DNA from: a virus
Lineage: Duplodnaviria; Caudoviricetes
Length of the DNA stretch: 32,159 nt
Direction: 5' to 3' (one strand)
Virus record (IMG/VR): IMGVR_UViG_3300029985_000115
Span: 1-32,159 of that record
Positions 26,381 to 32,159 of this stretch are shown piece after piece. Each line of letters starts with the position of its first letter. The first letter of the stretch is position 1. The notes beneath the pieces are model-generated. The model ran no database searches and had not been told where the DNA came from. It saw nothing but the letters and a program-made list of their open reading frames with translations. Both the position numbers and the translations under genes were made by a program.

Positions 26381-26488
26381 TTAAAAGAATATGTTTCTGA
26401 TTATTAATGCCAAGCTCCCAAGCACAATCAAAAACGACAAGACTGGAGTTACGTAATCTTTTTCTTCTTCTTCTGTTTTGTTTTTCAT
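26381..26488 (-). CDS. Mini membrane protein (35 aa, not in ORF track)
   Basis: MKNKTEEEEKDYVTPVLSFLIVLGSLALIIRNIFF; A-rich leader; fills the gap. Confidence 0.5.
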   Translation of the reverse strand: MKNKTEEEEKDYVTPVLSFLIVLGSLALIIRNIFF

Positions 26489-26506
26489 AAAATTTGATTT
26501 TTAGTT

Positions 26507-27205
26507 TTAAGGTAAACAAATCCCATTTTCATCTTTCTTGAAACAATCATTTCCGAATTTTAAAACTATTTTTATCCACATTCCGTATTCGGATATTTCT
26601 TGTTCTGTGTAATTATTTTCTTCTCCAATCAGTTTAAAATTTTTACTCCAATATTTAAAATCAAATTCATTGCATCCGATTTTTAAAAATCCAGGTTTAC
26701 AAACAATAGAGAAATGTCCCGAACCTTGAAATTGAAGCGGAGATTTAAGTATCACGCCGCCCAATATCACGCCGCCCCGTATCACGCCGCCCCGTATCAC
26801 GCCGCCCCGTATCACGCCGCCACGTATCACGCCGCCACGTATCACGCCGCCCCATATCACGCCGCCCCATATCTCGCCGCCCCATATATCGCCGCCCCAT
26901 ATATCGCCGCCCCGTATCACGCCGCCCCGTATCACGCCGCCACGTATCACGCCGCCCCGTATCTCGCCGCCCAATATCTCGCCGCCCCATATCTCGCCGC
27001 CCCGTATCACGCCTTTTTTGTAACAAACAGCATCTTCATAAATCCAAGAATTTTCGGATTTAAGACTTTCTTCTGATTCTAAAAATCCTCCTAAATCTCC
27101 AGATTTTCCAAATTTACAATCAACTGTTAATTCTACTTGGAATAATTTAATTCCATTATATCCAATTTTAAAATTGGAAGTTAGTTTAAAGTGTTTCTGA
27201 TTCAT
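26507..27205 (-). CDS. Phage repeat-core protein with GG[VED]I[RWL] pentapeptide array
   Basis: N-domain GDLGGFLESEESL..WIY, 17 full pentapeptide units, C-domain KIGC...W...YT..EI.EY. Confidence 0.8.
   Translation of the reverse strand: MNQKHFKLTSNFKIGYNGIKLFQVELTVDCKFGKSGDLGGFLESEESLKSENSWIYEDAVCYKKGVIRGGEIWGGEILGGEIRGGVIRGGVIRGGVIRGGDIWGGDIWGGEIWGGVIWGGVIRGGVIRGGVIRGGVIRGGVIRGGVILGGVILKSPLQFQGSGHFSIVCKPGFLKIGCNEFDFKYWSKNFKLIGEENNYTEQEISEYGMWIKIVLKFGNDCFKKDENGICLP
26747..27013 (-). repeat. 15-bp tandem repeat, about 17.8 units
   Basis: Minus strand GGCGGC-G(TG/AG/AT)-ATA-(CGG/CGT/TGG/TTG/CTT). Confidence 0.95.
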
Positions 27206-27238
27206 TTTTTAAAGTTTTTATCGAGCTACCTACTCTAT

Positions 27239-27273
27239 CGCCAAAAGCCAGCATCTCGAAAGATTGCTGGCTG
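27239..27273 (-). terminator. Hairpin-GG(C)G element copy 8
   Basis: Minus strand CAGCCAGCAATC-TTTCGA-GATGCTGGCTTTTGGCG. Confidence 0.65.
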
Positions 27274-27289
27274 CTGGCAAAATCTACAC

Positions 27290-27886
27290 CTAACTCAACT
27301 CCATCTCCTTTTTTAGCTCAAGCCGGATTTCACCTTCCAGCTCATCGCGCCACTGTCTCTTTTTCTTTTCATATCTCTTCTCGATTTCGCGTGAAAGCTC
27401 AAGCTCAAGCATATCTCTTTCTTTCAACTTGATTTCCATTTCACGCTCGGAAGGTAAAACTTTTCCGGCCCAGATGTTCTCTATCTCTTTAAGAAGGTCT
27501 GCCTCTTTAACATCTTCAAAATTCACTGCGCGGGAAGCACTCCAAATCAGATGCCTCTTTAAGGATTCGCGTAAGCTCATCTCTCTCGGTAGACTCACGT
27601 GGATTTCTTCTTGCTCTTGAGCTTTTTTCTCAGCCAGATAAAATCCTTTTTCAGCATTATGCTTGATGCTTCTAAGCCCTAAACGGATTAGCTCTTCCTG
27701 GCCTGGAGTTAAGGAATCGAGAAACGCTTTTCTTTCAAGAGGATACTTATCTTTGGTTTCTGGCTTCTTAGAAGGCGCATCTTCCACATTCACCTTAGTA
27801 AGAACGAGAGATGGGTTAGCCTCTTTTAAATCCATTGCATCTTCTACGGATATTAATTCCCCTGTTGGTAGTTTGTATTTTGTCAT
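27290..27886 (-). CDS. Hypothetical charged helical protein
   Basis: ORF track, 198 aa. Confidence 0.65.
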   Translation of the reverse strand: MTKYKLPTGELISVEDAMDLKEANPSLVLTKVNVEDAPSKKPETKDKYPLERKAFLDSLTPGQEELIRLGLRSIKHNAEKGFYLAEKKAQEQEEIHVSLPREMSLRESLKRHLIWSASRAVNFEDVKEADLLKEIENIWAGKVLPSEREMEIKLKERDMLELELSREIEKRYEKKKRQWRDELEGEIRLELKKEMELS

Positions 27887-27906
27887 AATCAGTTGGTTTG
27901 AAAGTT

Positions 27907-28098
27907 TTAAACTAAATTGTTATCTGTTGTGATTTGTTTTACTATTTTTGCAATATCGTCCCGTTCTCCGATTGCATTGTAAATGAAATATGACATACAG
28001 TCATCTGAAATAGAAATCCAGAAATTAGCCTTTTCACTTACTACATGAAAAGAAAATCCATCCTCAGTTTTTTTCAATCCCTTAATTAGATATTTCAT
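27907..28098 (-). CDS. Hypothetical protein
   Basis: ORF track; AAAACTTTCAAA leader. Confidence 0.6.
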   Translation of the reverse strand: MKYLIKGLKKTEDGFSFHVVSEKANFWISISDDCMSYFIYNAIGERDDIAKIVKQITTDNNLV

Positions 28099-28130
28099 TT
28101 TGAAAGTTTTAAATTTGGTTAAAAGAAAAT

Positions 28131-28295
28131 TTATATCGCCTCGTAATACGGCATCAAAAATTTCGGCATTGTATTGATTTCTTTGTCTGCGAGAATGAAT
28201 CTAAGTTTTATTGGCCTTTTTATTTCTACCTGGATTTTTTGCTCTAATTCTCTTAGAGATTCAATCGGTCTGTACTTTGGTTTGAGGATAAGCAT
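28131..28295 (-). CDS. Mini-protein (54 aa, not in ORF track)
   Basis: MLILKPKYRPIESLRELEQKIQVEIKRPIKLRFILADKEINTMPKFLMPYYEAI; AAAAACTT leader. Confidence 0.5.
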   Translation of the reverse strand: MLILKPKYRPIESLRELEQKIQVEIKRPIKLRFILADKEINTMPKFLMPYYEAI

Positions 28296-28312
28296 GTGGT
28301 AAGTTTTTGAGG

Positions 28313-28798
28313 TTAATTAAATCTTGAGTAAAGAGCTTTTATATCTTCCGGAAGATTTATGTATTTATTTTCCGGTAAAAATAGTTTTAATGTTAAATCG
28401 TTTGAAGGAACAGTTAGATAGTAGTTTCCAACATTAGAAAAAGATTTATTTATAACAATAGTATTTTTCATACCATCTAAATAATCGTATTTTTTAGTTT
28501 TATTGTTTGGATTTTCGTAGTGTTTGATATATACAGCATTTAATATGTTATGAGATTCAAAATAGTTTTGAATCTCTACTTTTTCGTCATTCATATTATC
28601 TGTTTCTCTAATCAATTCTATCGAAATAGAAATATTGTTTGATATAAGATGTTTTATATAAAACTGAACAAAACATCTTGGATTTTTTGATGCGCTAATA
28701 TGTCCACTCAATCTTTCGGATAAGGATTTTCTTGTCCTTCCAACATAGAACGGCTGATTTGTCAGTGAGTTAACTAACTTATATATCTTGTACGTCAT
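28313..28798 (-). CDS. GIY-YIG-family nuclease-like protein
   Basis: YKIYKLVN....FYVGRT...LSERLSGH, with a later conserved-type E...I. Confidence 0.75.
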   Translation of the reverse strand: MTYKIYKLVNSLTNQPFYVGRTRKSLSERLSGHISASKNPRCFVQFYIKHLISNNISISIELIRETDNMNDEKVEIQNYFESHNILNAVYIKHYENPNNKTKKYDYLDGMKNTIVINKSFSNVGNYYLTVPSNDLTLKLFLPENKYINLPEDIKALYSRFN

Positions 28799-28991
28799 TA
28801 TCGTTATTTAGTTTATCGAATACTTCAAAATTAGTAACATAGAATTTTTCATTAAATCCAACAATGTACCTAATTCTACCAATCTCTTTTGAGAGGTCTA
28901 TCTTTTTTCCTGGTATCTTAATTGTTGGGTATCCGTTAAGGATTTTTAAATCCTCATCTGAAATACGCCTTAAATGTAAAATATTCGCCAT
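28779..28991 (-). CDS. Small protein, candidate regulator on a probable leaderless mRNA
   Basis: ATG lies 6 nt downstream of the -7 element; N-terminus ILHLRRISDEDLKIL resembles a ribbon-helix start. Confidence 0.5.
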   Translation of the reverse strand: MANILHLRRISDEDLKILNGYPTIKIPGKKIDLSKEIGRIRYIVGFNEKFYVTNFEVFDKLNNDNDVQDI

Positions 28992-28997
28992 AAGCTA

Positions 28998-29028
28998 CAA
29001 AGGTACGTTAATATTAACAGGCAAACAA
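28998..29028 (-). promoter_or_regulatory. Leftward Bacteroidota-type promoter with operator-like palindrome
   Basis: TTG (29028-29026), 20 nt spacer, TACCTTTG (29005-28998); GTTAATATTAAC at 29007-29018. Confidence 0.7.
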
Positions 29029-29097
29029 GCTATTTTCATGTGTTAACAAATTAATAACAAACAGACTAAAATTAACAATTCAATAACTAAAAAATGC

Positions 29098-29128
29098 TTG
29101 TTAATATTAACGCTAAACAGTACCTTTG
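29098..29128 (+). promoter_or_regulatory. Rightward Bacteroidota-type promoter with operator-like palindrome
   Basis: TTG (29098-29100), 20 nt spacer, TACCTTTG (29121-29128); GTTAATATTAAC at 29100-29111. Confidence 0.7.
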
Positions 29129-29166
29129 CCATACCTCTAATAATGGAGCGAAAAAACTTTCAGATT

Positions 29167-29343
29167 ATGATACAAACAACTTGCAAAATCGACATCCACA
29201 AAAAAGGAAAAGATGATTTTTATTTTCTCGGAGTTACGGTAGATTTACCAAATGGAGAAAAGAAATACTTTTGTGATATGCTTACAAAAAGTATGGCTGA
29301 AAAACTTTCAACTGATTTGAATTTACCGATTACTACAAACTAA
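29167..29343 (+). CDS. Small hypothetical protein (start revised to 29167)
   Basis: Track start overlaps the promoter; AAAACTTTCAGATT leader precedes ATG 29167. Confidence 0.55.
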   Translation: MIQTTCKIDIHKKGKDDFYFLGVTVDLPNGEKKYFCDMLTKSMAEKLSTDLNLPITTN

Positions 29344-29381
29344 CTTCTTTTTAACTAACAAATCAAAAAAACTTTAAAATT

Positions 29382-29807
29382 ATGTACAGCGTATCAATTA
29401 AGTCGAATCTCGAAAACAGCAGTATTTTAGAAAACTTAGATTGCTGTGAATCTTATAGCAATTTATCCTTAGAAACCGCAAACGAAATGATTGCTTCTAT
29501 GTTTGAAACAATCCATGCGGTAGGAATTGGCGGAGAAGATGAAATCGTAAGCATTGAACTTAGTGATGGAGAAATTACCAATAAATTTGAAATAAAGATT
29601 ACTTGCTTTCAACTAACAAATCAAAAAACTTTCAACATGCTAATCATAATAACAGATTTCAACAAATTCAACTCACTCGAACATCCGATTTCAACTCCGG
29701 CATTTAATTCTGGATATTGGAATGTGTTTAAATACTCATCTAAAATTGAGCAGTTCTGCCTGGATAACAACATTGGATATAAAATTTCTAATTACGATAA
29801 TTTCTAA
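29382..29807 (+). CDS. Hypothetical protein, probably two genes fused (internal start 29637)
   Basis: An internal copy of the intergenic leader repeat precedes the in-frame ATG at 29637. Confidence 0.55.
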   Translation: MYSVSIKSNLENSSILENLDCCESYSNLSLETANEMIASMFETIHAVGIGGEDEIVSIELSDGEITNKFEIKITCFQLTNQKTFNMLIIITDFNKFNSLEHPISTPAFNSGYWNVFKYSSKIEQFCLDNNIGYKISNYDNF

Positions 29808-29829
29808 CTTCACATTTAAAACTTTCAAC

Positions 29830-30093
29830 ATGCAAAATCAAACAAGCTCAACAAGACAAGGATGGAGATACACAATAGACTTAACTTCCGAATTTAACTC
29901 GGATTTAAGGTTTTCTAAAAAGAGGGATGCGATAGTCGCTCGCTTTAAGGCAAATCCCTACATGAACAACTTAGAGATTTTAGGACTTTTAGATAAGCTC
30001 GCAGCAGCACCAAGCGAATCCAAGTTTGACACAATTTGGAATAAGATTTACAACCTTGCGGACTATTATAGGATTTTTATAAAGACAATTTAA
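29830..30093 (+). CDS. Hypothetical protein (start revised to 29830)
   Basis: AAAACTTTCAAC leader; FDTIWNKIYNLADYYRIFI motif. Confidence 0.65.
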   Translation: MQNQTSSTRQGWRYTIDLTSEFNSDLRFSKKRDAIVARFKANPYMNNLEILGLLDKLAAAPSESKFDTIWNKIYNLADYYRIFIKTI

Positions 30094-30124
30094 CTTTCTT
30101 AACAAAAAACTAAAACTAAATAAA

Positions 30125-30811
30125 ATGTCAACTAAAATCTTCGAAAATTATCAAGAATTTCTTCTGCGTGAAGATAAATCAGAAAATGGGGTTTCTGTTA
30201 AGTTTTCAACCGAAAATCCTAATTGGGAATCAGAAAATGAAAAGAATGAAATGTGCTGGAATTGCATCGATTGCAGCGATTGCATGGGTTGCATCGGTTG
30301 CATCGGTTGCATCGATGCAACCGATTGCATCGATTGCATCGATTGCAGCGATTGCATGGGTTGCATCGGTTGCATCGGTTGCATCGATGCAACCGATTGC
30401 ATCGATTGCAGCGATTGCAGCGATTGCTTCGGTTGCAGGGATTGCAGGGATTGCAACGATTGCAACGATTGCAGCGATTGCAGCGATTTAAAAAACAACA
30501 CAGAATCATTTTATATTCCTAAAATAGAAAACATACATCAAAAACTTCTTGAAAAAGTAGAATCTAAAAGTGATTCTCTCAATATGTCAACTTGGCACAC
30601 TTGTGATACTACACATTGTAGAGCCGGATGGATAGTTAATTTAGCCGGAGAAGAAGGATATAAACTTGAATCGGAAACTTCTACTTGTTTTGCAGCAATG
30701 ATGATTTATAAATCATCTTCTAAAATAAGAGTGTTTCCGCCAAGATTTTTTGAAACAAATGAAATTGCGATGAAGGATATTGTTAGGTGTGCTGAATTGG
30801 AGAAAAAGTAA
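30125..30811 (+). CDS. Phage repeat-core protein with Cxx tripeptide array
   Basis: 26 tripeptide units (24 Cys) followed by a LNMSTWH.C.TTHCRAGW C-domain. Confidence 0.8.
   Translation: MSTKIFENYQEFLLREDKSENGVSVKFSTENPNWESENEKNEMCWNCIDCSDCMGCIGCIGCIDATDCIDCIDCSDCMGCIGCIGCIDATDCIDCSDCSDCFGCRDCRDCNDCNDCSDCSDLKNNTESFYIPKIENIHQKLLEKVESKSDSLNMSTWHTCDTTHCRAGWIVNLAGEEGYKLESETSTCFAAMMIYKSSSKIRVFPPRFFETNEIAMKDIVRCAELEKK
30254..30487 (+). repeat. 9-bp tandem repeat with a 72-bp higher-order duplication
   Basis: TGC-nnn-G(A/G)T units; 30263-30334 is repeated at 30335-30406. Confidence 0.95.
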
Positions 30812-30826
30812 AAATCCTAAGCCAGC

Positions 30827-30860
30827 CAGCCCGCATCTGAAAAGATTGCGGGCTTTGGTG
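30827..30860 (+). terminator. Hairpin-GGTG element copy 9
   Basis: CAGCCCGCATC-TGAAAA-GATTGCGGGCTTTGGTG. Confidence 0.65.
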
Positions 30861-30898
30861 ATGCCGGATATTCGGTAAAACTTTCAAAATAAAATAAG

Positions 30899-31345
30899 AT
30901 GGAAAACAAAGATTTGGAATTTGAAAAATGGCAAGGGATAGATTTCTCTCTGCAAGAATCCCTAATGAAATACAATCTTCTCATTCGCAAGAGAATCCAA
31001 AAAACTCCAGAAAAACACGATTATCAGTACATAGTAAAAATCGGGTCAAATCTTCACAACTCAAAAAGTCAGGATTTTCATTTCCATGTTGGCGGTGTTG
31101 ACGAATCTTATATAGATGAGAAAATAAAAGACCTTTGCTCGGATTCCTTCTACGACTTCATCGACTGCAATGATTTCGGCTTTCTTGAGTCAACATTTGA
31201 AATAAAAGTTTACGACCTTTTATGCTATTTCGAATATGAGGATATTTTTGGCTGCGACTACGGAAATGAGCCTTATACGCTGGAGCAATTACTAACAAGA
31301 TTTCCTGAACTTAAAAACCAAATCACATGCACAACTTCCTTTTAA
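30899..31345 (+). CDS. Hypothetical protein
   Basis: ORF track, 148 aa. Confidence 0.65.
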   Translation: MENKDLEFEKWQGIDFSLQESLMKYNLLIRKRIQKTPEKHDYQYIVKIGSNLHNSKSQDFHFHVGGVDESYIDEKIKDLCSDSFYDFIDCNDFGFLESTFEIKVYDLLCYFEYEDIFGCDYGNEPYTLEQLLTRFPELKNQITCTTSF

Positions 31346-31494
31346 CTGAAATCTGGATTTTTGGCCGGCAGGAGCTTTTAGACAATCCGGTACAAGAACT
31401 TCACATCCTCTTAGCTCCGGCAATATCTGCTGGAGAAGATTGGTTGCTATTTGAAAAAACAAAGATAGAGCAGATTTTTATTTACCTAAATTAA
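31327..31494 (+). CDS. Mini-protein (55 aa, not in ORF track)
   Basis: MHNFLLTEIWIFGRQELLDNPVQELHILLAPAISAGEDWLLFEKTKIEQIFIYLN. Confidence 0.45.
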   Translation: MHNFLLTEIWIFGRQELLDNPVQELHILLAPAISAGEDWLLFEKTKIEQIFIYLN

Positions 31495-31524
31495 TCCGCC
31501 TTAACTGGCACAAAAACAAATAAA

Positions 31525-32159
31525 ATGAAAAATCAAATCGCGCAAGACGCACCAAATCAAACCAAGCAAATAAGATGCAAGCTGACCGACCAAAATCTGA
31601 AAACCTATAACGGATTTCAGTGGGAATTAGGTAAAAAACGCGTAGCATCAGGAAAAGGTGAACTTTGCTCATCCGGATGGCTGCATTGTTATACACATCC
31701 GCTTTTGGCTATACTTTTAAATCCTGTTCATGCAAATATTAAAAATCCTCGATTATTCGAAATTGAGGTTGGCGGAAAAATGAAAACAGACAATGGATTA
31801 AAGGAAGGATGGACTGGAATGGCTTTAGTTAAAGAGATAGAAATACCAGAGATTTCTTTAACTCAAAAAATAGCATTTGGGATACTTTGCTCACTTGAAG
31901 TGTACAAAGAAGAATCTTATGTTATTTGGGCCAAAAATTGGTTGAATAATGTAGATAGAACGGATTTGGCGGCGGCGAGGGCGGCGAGGGCGGCGATGGA
32001 TGCGGTGGCGGCAGATGCGGATTGGGCGGCGGCGGATACTGGGAGGGCGGCGGCGAGGGCGGCGATGGATGCGGTGGCGGCAGATGCGGATTGGGCGGCG
32101 GCGGATACTGGGAGGGCGGCGGCGAGGGCGGGGGATTGGGCGATGAAGGCGGATTGGGA
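31525..32159 (+). CDS. Phage repeat-core protein with Ala-rich array (3' truncated; not in ORF track)
   Basis: Open to the window end: MKNQIAQD...KLTDQNLKTYNGFQWELG...LCSSGWLHCY.HPLLA...WAKNWL..DR, then AAARAARAAMDAVAADADWAAADTGR repeats. Confidence 0.8.
   Translation, partial: MKNQIAQDAPNQTKQIRCKLTDQNLKTYNGFQWELGKKRVASGKGELCSSGWLHCYTHPLLAILLNPVHANIKNPRLFEIEVGGKMKTDNGLKEGWTGMALVKEIEIPEISLTQKIAFGILCSLEVYKEESYVIWAKNWLNNVDRTDLAAARAARAAMDAVAADADWAAADTGRAAARAAMDAVAADADWAAADTGRAAARAGDWAMKADW
31981..32131 (+). repeat. 69-bp GC-rich tandem repeat (about 2.2 units)
   Basis: The sequence from 31981 recurs exactly at 32050. Confidence 0.92.

Noticed and set aside
26714-27076. Alternative-frame ORFs over the 15-bp repeat (YHAAP…, GRRDT…)
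   Set aside because: They are open only because the repeat unit lacks stops. Only the GGxIx frame connects to flanking domains and has a leader.
30151-30522. Four overlapping ORFs over the 9-bp repeat
   Set aside because: Same artefact of a stop-free, partly self-complementary repeat.
9529-30860. Hairpin family as integron attC sites
   Set aside because: No RYYYAAC/GTTRRRY ends, too short, and no integron integrase in the window.
26747-32131. CRISPR array interpretation of the tandem repeats
   Set aside because: Units are contiguous with no unique spacers, and no cas genes are present.
1-32159. Diversity-generating retroelement
   Set aside because: No reverse transcriptase and no TR/VR pair differing at adenines were seen in the window.
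1-32159. Stop-codon reassignment
   Set aside because: Recognisable genes are full-length and tightly packed under the standard code, with TAA, TAG and TGA all used as stops.

Overview
A 32-kb segment of an AT-rich dsDNA tailed phage. The host is probably in Bacteroidota, judging from TAnnTTTG promoters, SD-less A-rich leaders, a DUF3127 SSB-like gene and signal peptides followed by Gln. From left to right the window holds: the end of a contractile-tail baseplate/tail module and a lysis cassette (+, 1-5517); a leftward replication operon with an SF2 helicase, a DEDDh exonuclease and a beta-clamp-like protein; a divergent promoter pair (~11.3 kb); a rightward recombination and nucleotide-metabolism operon (SSB-like, annealase-like, lambda-exo-like, thyA, dNMP kinase, HD hydrolase, DUF550, NUDIX); a leftward accessory operon (VRR-NUC, DNA methyltransferase, HTH, DUF2786, GIY-YIG); and a second divergent promoter pair with a palindromic operator (~29 kb) driving small early-type genes. 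The most unusual content: (i) nine sense-oriented intergenic hairpins, eight of them ending in a conserved short U-tract + GG(T/C)G tail; (ii) two tRNA-like elements with non-canonical anticodon arms, plus a further non-tRNA cloverleaf; (iii) three genes whose cores are different GC-rich in-frame tandem repeats (GGxIx, Cxx, Ala-rich). All family assignments come from motif recognition by eye. No database search was run.
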